From contig CAVQFQ010000013.1 in the NCBI GenBank assembly GCA_963711835.1, positions 21,629-85,628 on the forward strand: a DNA stretch of 64,000 bases, read 5' to 3'. Under the pieces are notes generated by a model. It did no database searches. It was given only the letters and a program-made list of their open reading frames with translations, and was not told the origin of the DNA. Shown here one piece after another: positions 28,162-38,674 of this stretch. The DNA is from an uncultured delta proteobacterium (GTDB lineage Bacteria > Desulfobacterota > RBG-13-43-22). Position numbers and translations under genes: made by a program. How positions within the stretch are numbered: position 1 is the first letter of the stretch; each line of letters begins with the position of its first letter.

Positions 28162-31161
28162 GTGGCCGCCTGTCCTCTCTTTTCTTTCCTCCGGAAGGCT
28201 TTCTTCTCGGCCGCCTTCTTGGTGTTTCTCACCTTAACCTCCTGCAGCTCTTCCTGGGTAACCGAAACCGTAACGGATTATCTTAAAAAAAAGACCGGGC
28301 TGGAGGTCAAGGTGAAAGAGGTCTCTTTTACCCTGAAAGACTTGGCTTTCGAGATGAAAGGTCTTTCCCTTAACTATAAAAAGGGGCCTTCGACCTGGGA
28401 GATAACCGCAGCCCAGGCCAAAGTCGATTTGGATTGGTATTTTGCCGAAGAAAATCTTCCCTGGCCTTCAATAAAAATAAAAACCATCGCCGTCTGGCAG
28501 CCGGTCATTTCCGCCAGGCTGCCTGAAACCAAACAAAAATGGGATTGGGTGGCGCATTTAAAAAAATTACCGGACCTGGAACAGGTGGAACTATCCGACC
28601 TTCAAGGCCGGATCCTTCTGGGAAGCACCACGGTTCACCTTTCCCCGGGGACCGTCATTCTGATTTCTTTTTCCCCTGACCAGGGCGGTAAACTCCAGTA
28701 TCAGGTAAAAGAAATAAAAGCGGACCTTCCCTTAAAAAAAATCCATTTCAGGGGGCGGTCCAGGGGAACCATTGAGCTCCTGGATTTTCCCGATCAGCCA
28801 CGATGGAACGGGTCGTTAAAGATCTCGGACTTTCACCTTGCCGAAAAAGGGTTGACCCTGACCGGCTCATCTGGAACCCTGAACTTCAAGAAGGAAGGAG
28901 CCTCCCTTCAAACCACCGGCTCCCAGGTCCTTCTAAACAGGTTCCATTGGTCCGGTCCTAAAGGGTCCTTTCGGGCCTCGGGAAAGGTCGCTCTTTCCGG
29001 TTCCTTTCAGGGAATCGAAACCGACCCCTCCAAAGGAAACCTTATGGGCGGCCGGCTCGATTGGGACGGCCTCGATTTTGAGATGCTCTGGGGTGATAGA
29101 AAAATAGCCGGTCTGGCCCAAGGCTGGATGACCCTGGACGGACCCTTGAAAAGGCCCCGGGTAGCCGGGCGGATCCGGACCGTTCAGACCAGATTGGATC
29201 TCCTTCCTATTTCGACTCCCGGATTGGAGGCCGATCTCCCTTTCCAGGGCTCCTTTCCCGATCTCTCCTTTTCCCGGGTGCAAGCCCGGTCGGATCAATG
29301 TCAATGGCGCTTCCCAACCGTTTCCCTGATGGTCCTCAACCCGGAAACGCGATTCAACGCCCAAATCCTGGACAAGGGCCGGCAAATTAGAATCGAAGCC
29401 ATCTCCTTAAAAACCAAAAATTGGGGGACATTCAGCGGTCATTTGCTTTTTGAGCCCCTCAAGGGGCCGGCCCCCCAGGGCTGGGCCTATTCCAGGGATT
29501 TTCCGATCCGACAGGCTTCCGGCTTCTTTTCACCCGGCCTGGCCCGGATCTTTCCCGATGAAATACCGGGACAGGGGGACTTGACCTGGTATTGGGACCG
29601 GACCGCGGCGGCGGTGCAATTTCAACTCGCTTTAAAACCCCCTTCCTTGCAGGCCGGCGGCCAGGACCGGATGTGGGAAGCGGAAAATCTTCAGACCGAG
29701 GTGTCTCTTTCAGGCCAATGGTTTCCGAGGGAAAGACGCTGGGAAATAACCGGGACCCAGCAGATCAGGGCCGGATCCCTGGCCCTGGCCCCCTGGATCT
29801 TCCCTTTCAACCGGGATCCCCTTCAAGCCGAATTCAGGGGAAGGATTGAACAAATCCCGGGAAGCTCCCCAGCTTCCCGCTTGGAAGGCTCCCTGGACCT
29901 GCACTATGCCCCTATCGGTAAGCTCCAGGCCTCAGGCCTCATTTCCTTCCTCTTCCCGAATTGGACCTATGCCGGATCATTGGAACTCAATGAGCTGCCT
30001 ACGGAAACGGCCTACCCCCTGCTGGTGGCCGGTCCCCTGGCCCTGGAACATCCTTTCCTGGAAAAGGTCTTTCTCCAGGGATCGCTCCGGGCTCGGCTCC
30101 AGGTGGGCAAGACCGATAAAAATAACAGCCTGCAGGGACGGATTTCCAGCCCCGGTCTGAAAATAACAACCCGGGAGCCTTCTTTTTATCTGGAGGATCT
30201 GGCCTTCGATCTGCCTTTTCAGTTTTCTTCCGACCGGTCTGAAAAAAGCCCTCTTCCACCGGAAACCGGATTCCTCCGGATTGGAGACCTCCAGGGACCG
30301 GGACTATCGGCCCGGGGGCTTACCCTTCCGGTCTGGTCCGAATCCGATCGCCTTGAGATCCCGGGTGATATAACCCTTTCGTTATGGGCAGGGGAGGCGA
30401 CCCTAAAGGATCTCCGGGTGGACCATCTCTTGACCAAACCCACCCTTCTCACGGCCCTGTTCTTAAAGGACGCGGAACTGGATCGCCTTTTCCCTAATAA
30501 GAGAGTCTCGGCCAAATTAAACGGAACCTTTGACTCGGTGGTGGTCTCAGCGGAAAAGGCCTCTTTCGAGGGGGTGTTAAGGGCTGAGCTTTTCGACGGG
30601 CAGGTGGAAGGAACCCATTGGGCCATAAGTCAGCCCTTTTCAAGGGACCGCCGGATACAGGCCGACCTTTCCTTCAGCCACCTCAACCTGGAACCGATCA
30701 CCCGTCTTTTTTCCTTCGGCCAGGTAACCGGCTATATTCAGGGTACGGTGAACGATCTTTCCGTGTACGACAACCAACTGGAGGGCTTTGATCTTACCTT
30801 GCGGACCGAAGAGGTTAAGGCGGTCCCTAAAAAAATCACTCTGAAGGCCGTTGAAAATATCAGTCTCTTAGGAACCGGATCCGGAGAATTGGATGTCTTG
30901 AGCAGGGGGATCAATCGTTGGATCCGGGAATACGAATACGGATCCATCGGCATTTCCTGCAGGCTCCGGGGAGATCGCCTGCAGCTTCGAGGAACCATTA
31001 TTGAAGAGGGAGTGGAATATCTGGTCCGTAAATCCGGCTGGTCCGGGATCGATGTGATTAATAAAAATCCCGACAATGAAATCGAATTTTCTGATATATT
31101 GGAACGCATAAAACGGCTGGAAAGAAATCATCCGCCGGGAGGAAATCATGAGAATCGCTAA
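28162..31161 (+). CDS. YdbH/AsmA-like intermembrane transport protein (start uncertain)
   Basis: ~1000 aa, beta-rich, N-terminal hydrophobic anchor; precedes a YnbE/YdbL-like gene. Confidence 0.7.
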   Translation: MAACPLFSFLRKAFFSAAFLVFLTLTSCSSSWVTETVTDYLKKKTGLEVKVKEVSFTLKDLAFEMKGLSLNYKKGPSTWEITAAQAKVDLDWYFAEENLPWPSIKIKTIAVWQPVISARLPETKQKWDWVAHLKKLPDLEQVELSDLQGRILLGSTTVHLSPGTVILISFSPDQGGKLQYQVKEIKADLPLKKIHFRGRSRGTIELLDFPDQPRWNGSLKISDFHLAEKGLTLTGSSGTLNFKKEGASLQTTGSQVLLNRFHWSGPKGSFRASGKVALSGSFQGIETDPSKGNLMGGRLDWDGLDFEMLWGDRKIAGLAQGWMTLDGPLKRPRVAGRIRTVQTRLDLLPISTPGLEADLPFQGSFPDLSFSRVQARSDQCQWRFPTVSLMVLNPETRFNAQILDKGRQIRIEAISLKTKNWGTFSGHLLFEPLKGPAPQGWAYSRDFPIRQASGFFSPGLARIFPDEIPGQGDLTWYWDRTAAAVQFQLALKPPSLQAGGQDRMWEAENLQTEVSLSGQWFPRERRWEITGTQQIRAGSLALAPWIFPFNRDPLQAEFRGRIEQIPGSSPASRLEGSLDLHYAPIGKLQASGLISFLFPNWTYAGSLELNELPTETAYPLLVAGPLALEHPFLEKVFLQGSLRARLQVGKTDKNNSLQGRISSPGLKITTREPSFYLEDLAFDLPFQFSSDRSEKSPLPPETGFLRIGDLQGPGLSARGLTLPVWSESDRLEIPGDITLSLWAGEATLKDLRVDHLLTKPTLLTALFLKDAELDRLFPNKRVSAKLNGTFDSVVVSAEKASFEGVLRAELFDGQVEGTHWAISQPFSRDRRIQADLSFSHLNLEPITRLFSFGQVTGYIQGTVNDLSVYDNQLEGFDLTLRTEEVKAVPKKITLKAVENISLLGTGSGELDVLSRGINRWIREYEYGSIGISCRLRGDRLQLRGTIIEEGVEYLVRKSGWSGIDVINKNPDNEIEFSDILERIKRLERNHPPGGNHENR

Positions 31162-31735
31162 AATAAAAATCCTGTTCCCTTTTTGGACCTTAACCCTCAT
31201 GATGGCTTGTGTCACGGTGAATGTTTATTTTCCGGCCAGGGAAGTGGAAAAGAAGGCCGGGGAAATCGTGGATGAGATCCGGAAAAAGGATCAAACCGCT
31301 CCGACCAATCCTTCAGGACCTCAGAGTAAATGGGAGGTCCTGGCCGCCCTTGTTGCGCACCGGGGCCTGGCCTATGCCCAAAGGGAAGCCGAGGCTTCGA
31401 CCCCGGCCATCCAGAATCTTAAGAGTCAAATAAAAGACCGGTTTCCGCGGCTGGCGCCATTTTTCCAGAAAGGAGCCATTGGGGAAGGGCGGCGAGGCCT
31501 GCTGGAGGTCAGAGAAACCAAGGGACTCTCCCCAACGGAAAGGACGGAGCTTAAGTCTCTGGTGGAGGCGGAAAATCGGGACCGCCGGACCCTCTATCAG
31601 GAAGTGGCTAAGTCCATGAATATTTCTGCCGACCAAATCACCAAGGTCCAGCGCATTTTTGCCGATAAGTGGCAGCAGGCCGCCGCTCCGGGCTGGTGGA
31701 TCCAGAAAGAAGACGGGGCCTGGGTCCAGAAGTAG
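31148..31735 (+). CDS. YnbE/YdbL (DUF1318)-like lipoprotein
   Basis: ACVTVNVYFPA lipobox region; GE...GL..EN.DR..LY..A..GWWIQ...G.W..K. Confidence 0.82.
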   Translation: MRIAKIKILFPFWTLTLMMACVTVNVYFPAREVEKKAGEIVDEIRKKDQTAPTNPSGPQSKWEVLAALVAHRGLAYAQREAEASTPAIQNLKSQIKDRFPRLAPFFQKGAIGEGRRGLLEVRETKGLSPTERTELKSLVEAENRDRRTLYQEVAKSMNISADQITKVQRIFADKWQQAAAPGWWIQKEDGAWVQK

Positions 31736-31775
31736 GGTCGGACAGGACTTTAGAAAAAAATTTAAAGATCTTTGT

Positions 31776-32108
31776 TTAGGTGGTTAATTGCAGATCCCGG
31801 ATCAGGGAATGGGCGAATTCGAGCAGAAAGGCCTCTTGGGGGGCTGTGGCATATTGGATGCAGTCGCAGCGGAATTTTTCTTGAGACCGAACCAGGCATT
31901 CGAATTTTATAAATCCCTTTCCGATCTCGATCGCCAGATAATGGGGTCCGCAGGCCTTATGCTCCCGTTGCAGCGGGGAGAGCAGATTCTCGGGAAGCTC
32001 CAGCCAAAAAATTTCGTCTAAAGTGGAGGAAAGGGTCCTTTCCTTAAGATAGGCCTTGATGGCCGTCATTGGCCCGGCAGGGATTTCATCAAGCAGATAC
32101 TGGCGCAT
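31776..32108 (-). CDS. Conserved hypothetical protein
   Basis: Start MRQYLLDEI with RBS GGAGGG; H..CGP and RCDCI motifs. Confidence 0.7.
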   Translation of the reverse strand: MRQYLLDEIPAGPMTAIKAYLKERTLSSTLDEIFWLELPENLLSPLQREHKACGPHYLAIEIGKGFIKFECLVRSQEKFRCDCIQYATAPQEAFLLEFAHSLIRDLQLTT

Positions 32109-32118
32109 CAGGACCCTC

Positions 32119-32454
32119 CTAACTCTTTTTTCTGGCCACGGTGTAGGCATCCCATATCGAGTAGGCCCAGACCAGTCCCAACAACAGCAGCACCAGGTAA
32201 AGTCCCGGATGGGACTGTCTGGAAAGGGTTTCGGCAATAAAAGAAAAAGAAGGCGGGGTTTTTTCAAAAACATCCCCGGGCAGAGTCAGGATAACCCGGT
32301 TTAAGTCGATGACGATCATAACAAACAAGGCCAGAAACAATAGGGAGACTCCGGCGATCAACAATCCTCCCTTGCGATAGTCCTTATTGACGATCTGACC
32401 CATTCCGGGAAGGATGAAGGCGGATAGAAGAGGGGCTAAGAGAGTCTTCTTCAT
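32119..32454 (-). CDS. Small membrane protein
   Basis: LLSAFILPGMGQ and WAYSIWDAY motifs. Confidence 0.75.
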   Translation of the reverse strand: MKKTLLAPLLSAFILPGMGQIVNKDYRKGGLLIAGVSLLFLALFVMIVIDLNRVILTLPGDVFEKTPPSFSFIAETLSRQSHPGLYLVLLLLGLVWAYSIWDAYTVARKKS

Positions 32455-32507
32455 AGATTCCTGAACACGTCCTTCTGCGAATTTTTCTCTAACCTTTCCA
32501 TATCAGG

Positions 32508-32724
32508 GGTGGTGGTGGGTCACATTTTTTTGTTGTCCAAAAGGAGATCAAGAACCCCCAATCCGGCCCGAATAGCTAAGTTCATTTGAGGGCAGGGCAT
32601 TCACACCAGCCTATTCCCAGCTTGGGTGTAGGCCTTCTGCCGAAACACTTTTCGCATTTTGGCCCGACAAAGAAGCTTATGGCTTTAGGGTGGACAACTT
32701 AAAAAAATGTGACCCACCACCACC
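32508..32724. repeat. IR-bounded ~217 bp element
   Basis: GGTGGTGGTGGGTCACATTTTTTTGTTGTCCA / TGGACAACTTAAAAAAATGTGACCCACCACCACC. Confidence 0.7.
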
Positions 32725-32854
32725 ATTTCTTCGAGAATTGAAAAATAAATTTCAACACTCTTTGATTAGCTCTTTTTATAGCGGGCTCACCGCCTTCTGT
32801 CAACGGTCATGATTTCGATTTTTCCCTGGCTTCTTCTCTGAAGCTGTGATACCA

Positions 32855-32930
32855 CAACCTTGAAATCAAGACCCCCGTAGCCCTTTGAGAATAGAGTGCT
32901 TAAAAATCACGTAACGTTGGGATAAACTCA
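32855..32930. mobile_element. MITE-like repeat, fragment C (right arm only)
   Basis: CAACCTTGAAATCAAGACCCCC...AATCACGTAACGTTGGGATAAACTCA. Confidence 0.8.
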
Positions 32931-32951
32931 AATAAGGGGATCAGGTTATCT

Positions 32952-33737
32952 ATGGAAAATCCGTTCCGCGATGTCCACGTCAGTGTCCCTTTTTTCCTGT
33001 TGAGGGATCAATACCTGCCGTTAATCCTAAGTAATCAGCTCCGGGTTGAAATCGGTCTCAGCGCCGACGTCCTGGAGGTCAACCCAATTGAAGACTTTAA
33101 GGATTTGGCCGGCCGACTATCCGGGGCCGGTTTGGCCTGCTCCTTTCATGCCCCCTTCCTGGATCTTTCCTTAGGGGCCATCGATCCCAAAATACGAGAG
33201 GTCTCTCTGATGAGGATGGAACAGGTCATCGAACTGGTTTCCATTTTCCGGCCTCGCTGGATCGTCTGTCACGCCGCTTATGAATCCCGCCACTACGAAG
33301 ATGAGCAAAAGCACTGGCTGGAAAACAGCCTCTGTTCTTTCAAGCACCTCCTTTCCCGTTTGGAAAATAGCCTGACCCCCTTGATGGTGGAAAATGTTTA
33401 TGAAAAAGATCCCAGCCTCCTGGAGGCCATTTTCCGGGGGCTGAACTCTCCCTTATGCCGTTTTTGCCTGGACGCAGGCCACCATCGAATCTATAGCCGG
33501 ACGGATCTGAAAGACTGGCTCGATCGGTTGGGACCTTTCCTGGGCATGCTCCACCTCCACGATAACCATGGACGCACCGATGATCACCTGGCCCTGGGCC
33601 AGGGATCTATCGATTTCCTCTATTTTTTTAGCCTCTTAAAAGAAAAAAAGCTCCGTCCCTATATCACCCTGGAAGCCCATCAGGAGGATTGGGTCAGAAA
33701 GAGTCTGGATTTCTTGGCCCTCCACTGGCCGGCCTGA
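32952..33737 (+). CDS. Sugar phosphate isomerase/epimerase (AP endonuclease 2 TIM barrel)
   Basis: HAPF.DL, VEN, CLDAGH, HLHDN.G..D.H and TLE motifs. Confidence 0.88.
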   Translation: MENPFRDVHVSVPFFLLRDQYLPLILSNQLRVEIGLSADVLEVNPIEDFKDLAGRLSGAGLACSFHAPFLDLSLGAIDPKIREVSLMRMEQVIELVSIFRPRWIVCHAAYESRHYEDEQKHWLENSLCSFKHLLSRLENSLTPLMVENVYEKDPSLLEAIFRGLNSPLCRFCLDAGHHRIYSRTDLKDWLDRLGPFLGMLHLHDNHGRTDDHLALGQGSIDFLYFFSLLKEKKLRPYITLEAHQEDWVRKSLDFLALHWPA

Positions 33738-33774
33738 ATCGCCTCTGCCTGTTCATTTCCTTTCAGCTTAGATC

Positions 33775-33821
33775 TTGACATTTGAGACGGAAGCATTAAT
33801 AAATAATAATGGTTCTTATTT
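33775..33821 (+). promoter_or_regulatory. Promoter with overlapping Fur/PerR-type box
   Basis: TTGACA at 33775; AT-rich palindrome AAATAATAAT-G-GTTCTTATTT at 33801-33821. Confidence 0.6.
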
Positions 33822-33849
33822 ATAAATTTTGAGGCGGACCCCCTACCCC

Positions 33850-34347
33850 ATGAATGAACCAGACAAATTGCGAGATACCAAGGCCCGCCGGGTGATGGTG
33901 GATGAAATCTGCAAGAGTTGCTCTCATCCTACGGCAGATGAGGTCTATGACCTGGTGCGGAAACGTTTACCCAGGATAAGTCTTGGAACTATTTACCGAA
34001 ACCTGGAACTTCTATCGGAAAAGGGGCTCATCCAAAAGCTGGATTTAGCCGGCACCCAACGGCGTTATGATGGAAATACGGAGAATCATTATCACCTCCG
34101 CTGCCTGGCTTGCAGTTTGGTTAAGGATATTATAATCCACCCGTTTAAAGAATGGGAAATAGTTCTGCCCCAGGATCCCGAGTATGAAATACTCGGCCAT
34201 CGCCTGGAGTTCTTTGGAATCTGTCCATCCTGCAAATTGGAAAAAAAGAACGGTCCGGTCGATCCTGCCGGACTTGAACGCGGCCTCTTAAAGATAAAGA
34301 AAAAAGAAAGGAGAATTAACCATGGAATTAAAAGGCTCAAGAACTGA
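33850..34347 (+). CDS. Fur-family regulator, PerR-like
   Basis: [25 protein letters not shown] and G.C..C motifs; directly upstream of rubrerythrin. Confidence 0.9.
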   Translation: MNEPDKLRDTKARRVMVDEICKSCSHPTADEVYDLVRKRLPRISLGTIYRNLELLSEKGLIQKLDLAGTQRRYDGNTENHYHLRCLACSLVKDIIIHPFKEWEIVLPQDPEYEILGHRLEFFGICPSCKLEKKNGPVDPAGLERGLLKIKKKERRINHGIKRLKN

Positions 34348-34894
34348 AAAAAACATTCTGACCGCCTTCAGCGGGGAATCGCAGGCCAGAAATCGTTATT
34401 CTTATTTTGCCAGCCAGGCTAAAAAAGAAGGTTATGTTCAGATGTCCTTGATTTTTGAGGAAACCTCGAACCAGGAGAAAGAGCATGCCAAACGCATTTT
34501 TAAATTACTTCCGGGAGGAATGGTCGAAATCCAGGCTTCGTTCCCAGCCGGGGTAATCGGGCTTACCGCTGAAAATTTAAAGGAAGCCGCCGGCGGGGAG
34601 CATTATGAGTGGACCGATATGTATCCCACCTTCGCTAAAATCGCCCGGGAAGAAGGTTTTCAGGATATGGCCCATATTTTTGAATCGATCGCCGTGGCTG
34701 AGAAGCAGCATGAAAAACGGTATCTTGGACTCTTGGCCAACATAAAAACAGGAAAGGTCTTTAAAAAGGATAAACCCGTAGTCTGGCGCTGCCTTAACTG
34801 CGGCTATCTGCACGAAGGTTCGGAAGCCCCCGATGAATGTCCGGCCTGCGACCATCCACGGGACTATTATGAACTCTTAGGAGAAAATTGGTAA
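34322..34894 (+). CDS. rbr: Rubrerythrin
   Basis: GESQARNRY, two ExxH motifs, and C-terminal CLNC..CPAC. Confidence 0.96.
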   Translation: MELKGSRTEKNILTAFSGESQARNRYSYFASQAKKEGYVQMSLIFEETSNQEKEHAKRIFKLLPGGMVEIQASFPAGVIGLTAENLKEAAGGEHYEWTDMYPTFAKIAREEGFQDMAHIFESIAVAEKQHEKRYLGLLANIKTGKVFKKDKPVVWRCLNCGYLHEGSEAPDECPACDHPRDYYELLGENW

Positions 34895-34987
34895 AACCAT
34901 AAAACCGGGAAAGCCCGGTTTCAAGCTGATAGCTCATAGCGGATAGCCGATAGAAAAAAAACCACCTTAAGCAAAGGAGAAACGAAC

Positions 34988-35362
34988 ATGACGGAAAAAT
35001 TACAGATTTACAAATGTGGAGTTTGCGGTAATATCGTCGAGATGCTTCATGAAGGCAAGGGGGAGCTGGTTTGTTGCGGCCAGCCGATGAAACTTTTTGT
35101 GGAAAATACCGTGGATGCCGCCAGAGAAAAACATCTTCCGGTGGTTGAAAAAACCCCAACCGGTTTCAAGGTCAAAGTGGGTAGCGTGGCCCATCCTATG
35201 GAAGAAAAACATTATATCGAATGGATTGAAGTACTGGCCGATGAGAAAGCCTACCGGGCCTTTCTGAAGCCCGGAGGGACCCCTGAAGCCGTTTTTGATT
35301 TTTCGGCCGATACGATAACGGCCCGCGAGTATTGTAATCTTCATGGATTATGGAAGGCTTAA
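34988..35362 (+). CDS. dfx: Desulfoferrodoxin (superoxide reductase)
   Basis: CGVCGN..CCG, EKH, HPM..HYI and CNLHG motifs. Confidence 0.96.
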   Translation: MTEKLQIYKCGVCGNIVEMLHEGKGELVCCGQPMKLFVENTVDAAREKHLPVVEKTPTGFKVKVGSVAHPMEEKHYIEWIEVLADEKAYRAFLKPGGTPEAVFDFSADTITAREYCNLHGLWKA

Positions 35363-35366
35363 GAAA

Positions 35367-35900
35367 ATGACTGATCCCCTTCAATGTTCCCTGGACATGC
35401 TGGCTGCGGCCCTGGAAATGGAGGAGAAGGGCCAGGCCTTTTACGAGAAGGCCTTCAAAGCCTGCCGGAACCCTCAGTGCCGGGAAATCTTCCGCTCCTT
35501 GTCCGAAGAAGAGGTGGTCCATGGGCAACGAATCAGGCAGATCCACGACACCCTTTCCTCAGGCCAATGCTGGACCAGGAACTGGGAAGGGCTAAAGGGG
35601 CCCTCAAAAACCCTGGGCGACTTATTCCGAAATCTGGCCGCGCAGGAAAAGAAAAAAATCAAGGCCGAAACCAGTGATCTGGAGGCCATAGATATCGCCC
35701 TCGATTTTGAATCGGCCGGGGTAAAATTTTATGAGGACCATCTGCTTAAAGCCGTTGACCCGATGGAAAAGGCCTTTCTTTACAAAATGATCCAGGAAGA
35801 GAAGGAGCATTTTCGGGCTTTGAAGGATACCCGGTACTATCTCACGGATCCCGAAGGATGGTTTATTGAAAAAGAACGCGCCGGTCTGGACGGGTCATAA
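35367..35900 (+). CDS. Ferritin-like/rubrerythrin-family protein
   Basis: Two E..G..FY / EE..H helical pairs. Confidence 0.85.
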   Translation: MTDPLQCSLDMLAAALEMEEKGQAFYEKAFKACRNPQCREIFRSLSEEEVVHGQRIRQIHDTLSSGQCWTRNWEGLKGPSKTLGDLFRNLAAQEKKKIKAETSDLEAIDIALDFESAGVKFYEDHLLKAVDPMEKAFLYKMIQEEKEHFRALKDTRYYLTDPEGWFIEKERAGLDGS

Positions 35901-35973
35901 GCAGGCCGGCCTTTTTTCAATAAATTATTAACAATAAAGACAGCGCATTCAGTACAGGGGCACTATCGGCGGC

Positions 35974-37707
35974 ATGGCGGATCATTCCCTTCATATCGTT
36001 ATCGGAGGTGAAGCCGGACAGGGGCTGGTAACGCTCGGCCAGTTGCTGGCCAAGAGTCTGGTCCGCCAGGGTTACTTTATACTGGTGACCCAGGATTACC
36101 AATCCCGCATTCGGGGAGGTCATAACACCTTTCGGATCCGAACCGGGATTAAGGAAATCCTGGCCCCTGATGAAACGATCGATCTTCTGATCGCCCTGGA
36201 TTCCCAAACCACTTCCCTTCATCGACAGGAAATGGGGCCTGGTGGGCTCATCGTTTTGGACAGCGATTTTAAGGGTGAGGGTCCGGCCGGTTTGAAGGTC
36301 CCCTTTAAGGAATTGGGATCCGGCCGGGTGGCCAATGTCCTGGCTTTGGGGGTGGCCGGGGCCCTGCTGGGGCTGAGTCAAGAAAGCTTGTCCCAGGCGC
36401 TGGATGATACTTTTGGCCATAAAAAGGCCGAGCTGGCCGAAGAAAACCGGCAGGCCTTGCAGAAGGCCTACCAGTGGACGGAGAAGCAGGATGTTTTCTT
36501 TCCGAGGCTGGCTCCTGCCGAACTCCCTTCCCCGGCCCGGTTGATGATGAATGGGAATGAAGCGATTGCCCTGGGCGCCCTCTCGGCGGGATTGAAATTC
36601 CTATCCTTTTACCCCATGACCCCCTCCACCTCCATCGCCCTGGCCGTCACCGCCCAAGCCCTTAAACTGGGGATCATTGTCGAACAGGCCGAAGATGAAA
36701 TCGCCGCTGTTAATATGGCTATTGGGGCCTCTTATGCCGGGGCCCCCAGCATGGTCTGTACTTCGGGCGGAGGGTTTGCCTTGATGGTGGAAGGGGTCAG
36801 CCTGGCCGGCATGACCGAAACGCCGGTCGTCATTTGCGTCGGACAACGACCCGCCCCGGCCACGGGATTGCCTACCCGGACCGAACAGGCCGATCTGGAA
36901 TTTGTTTTGCACTCCGGTCATGGCGAGTTTCCCAGGGCCGTCTTCACCCCGGGTACCATTGAAGAATGTTTCCACTTGACTCGCCAGGCCTTTGAACTGG
37001 CTGAGGCCTTTCAAACGCCGATCTTCCTGCTGACCGATCAATTTCTGGCCGACTCCTACCGCGCGCTGGAGCCTTTTGAACTGGGGAATCTCCCCTCCTT
37101 CGGTCCCCGAACCGATACCGCTCCTCTTTCCCTCCCCTACCAACGTTACGCTATCACCCCTACCGGAGTTTCACCCCGCCTCCTGCCGGGGCAGAGCCCC
37201 CACCTGGTGGTGGCCGACAGTGATGAACACACCGAGGACGGTCATATTACCGAAGATCTTTCCGTCAGGAAGCAGATGGTGGAAAAGAGACTGAGGAAGC
37301 TGGAAGGGATCCGCCGGGAGGTCAGGCCTCCCGGGTTTTGGGGGGATGAAAATCCGGAGATCCTTCTGGTAACCTGGGGGTCCAGCAGGGGAGCGGTCCT
37401 GGAAGCGGCTTCGATTTTGAGAAGCCAGGGAGAAAAGGTCGGGGCTCTTTATTTTTCACAGATCTGGCCCTTGGTCCCGGACCATTTCTCAGGCCTCCTG
37501 GAAAAGGCAGCCCGGGTCATAGCCGTGGAAGGGAATGCCTTCGGCCAGTTGGCCCGGCTGATTCGCCGGGAAAGCGGCTATGCCATAGACCAAAAGATTC
37601 TTCGTTATGACGGGCTGCCCATCACGGCAAACTATATTTTAGACCGCCTACAAACCCTTAAGGTGGAGGGACTGCCTCTAACCTCAAACGAAACGATCCA
37701 TTATTGA
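35974..37707 (+). CDS. 2-oxoacid:acceptor oxidoreductase alpha subunit
   Basis: GGEAGQG, SRIRGGHN, YPMTP, QAEDE and TSGGG motifs. Confidence 0.93.
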   Translation: MADHSLHIVIGGEAGQGLVTLGQLLAKSLVRQGYFILVTQDYQSRIRGGHNTFRIRTGIKEILAPDETIDLLIALDSQTTSLHRQEMGPGGLIVLDSDFKGEGPAGLKVPFKELGSGRVANVLALGVAGALLGLSQESLSQALDDTFGHKKAELAEENRQALQKAYQWTEKQDVFFPRLAPAELPSPARLMMNGNEAIALGALSAGLKFLSFYPMTPSTSIALAVTAQALKLGIIVEQAEDEIAAVNMAIGASYAGAPSMVCTSGGGFALMVEGVSLAGMTETPVVICVGQRPAPATGLPTRTEQADLEFVLHSGHGEFPRAVFTPGTIEECFHLTRQAFELAEAFQTPIFLLTDQFLADSYRALEPFELGNLPSFGPRTDTAPLSLPYQRYAITPTGVSPRLLPGQSPHLVVADSDEHTEDGHITEDLSVRKQMVEKRLRKLEGIRREVRPPGFWGDENPEILLVTWGSSRGAVLEAASILRSQGEKVGALYFSQIWPLVPDHFSGLLEKAARVIAVEGNAFGQLARLIRRESGYAIDQKILRYDGLPITANYILDRLQTLKVEGLPLTSNETIHY

Positions 37708-37729
37708 AGATAACCAAAAGGACTGAATT

Positions 37730-38581
37730 ATGGTCACCCTGGATGATTACGGAACCTTTGAAACAGCCTGGTGTCCGGGATGCGGCAACCCTTTCATCTT
37801 GCAAGCCGTCAAGCAGGCCCTGGTAGCCTTGGGATTGCAACCCCATGAGGTCCTCTTTGTTTCAGGCATCGGCCAGGCCGCCAAGGCCCCCCACTATTTA
37901 CGGGCCAATCTTTTCAATGGCCTTCACGGCCGATCCCTGCCGGTGGCGACCGGCGCCAAATCAGCCAATCCCAATCTGGTCGTCCTGGTTGAAAGCGGCG
38001 ACGGTTGCACTTACGGTGAAGGGGGAAACCATTTTCTGGCCGCCATCCGGCGAAATTGTGATCTGACCCTGCTGGTTCATAACAACCAGATCTACGGTCT
38101 GACCAAGGGGCAGGCCAGCCCGACCAGCGACGAAGGGATGGTAACCAAGGCCCAGCCCCAGGGAGCGCCCTCGGAGGCCTTTAATCCAATAGCCGTGGCC
38201 GTGGCCATGCAGGCCGGCTTTGTGGCCCGGGGCTTCTCGGGCCTGGCCGATCACTTAGCCCGGCTGATACAGGAGGCCGTGGCCCATCGGGGTTTTTCCC
38301 TGATCGATATACTCCAGCCCTGCGTTTCTTTCAATAAGGTGAATACCTTTGGCTGGTATAAGAAACGCTGCTATGAGTTGCCGCCGGACTACGACCCCAT
38401 CGACTGGGCCGGGGCCATGAAAACTTCTTTGGAATGGGGGGACCGTATCCCTCTGGGGGTCATCTTCCGGAAAGAAAAACCGACCTTCGAAGATCATTTT
38501 CCGCAATTACAGGCCGGCCCCCTGGTGGGTCGAAAAGGTGATGGAAAACTCCTCCAGGAGATTATGGAGAGCTATCAATAA
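37730..38581 (+). CDS. 2-oxoacid:ferredoxin oxidoreductase beta subunit
   Basis: WCPGCG, LHGR, GDG..(N)N TPP motif, YGLTKGQ.SPT. Confidence 0.93.
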   Translation: MVTLDDYGTFETAWCPGCGNPFILQAVKQALVALGLQPHEVLFVSGIGQAAKAPHYLRANLFNGLHGRSLPVATGAKSANPNLVVLVESGDGCTYGEGGNHFLAAIRRNCDLTLLVHNNQIYGLTKGQASPTSDEGMVTKAQPQGAPSEAFNPIAVAVAMQAGFVARGFSGLADHLARLIQEAVAHRGFSLIDILQPCVSFNKVNTFGWYKKRCYELPPDYDPIDWAGAMKTSLEWGDRIPLGVIFRKEKPTFEDHFPQLQAGPLVGRKGDGKLLQEIMESYQ

Positions 38582-38674
38582 GGATGGTTGTCAAACAGGC
38601 TGCCCTTCCCCGCCTTGGCTGGGGAGACGATTTGGGGGGCTCTTCAGGAGGTCAGCCTCAATAAGGAGAAAATC

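Noticed and set aside
28141-28162. UGA read-through joining the 27892 ORF to the in-frame 999-aa ORF
   Set aside because: The UGA is not at a Cys-like motif, no convincing hairpin follows, and fusing a cytoplasmic Zn finger to an envelope protein is implausible.
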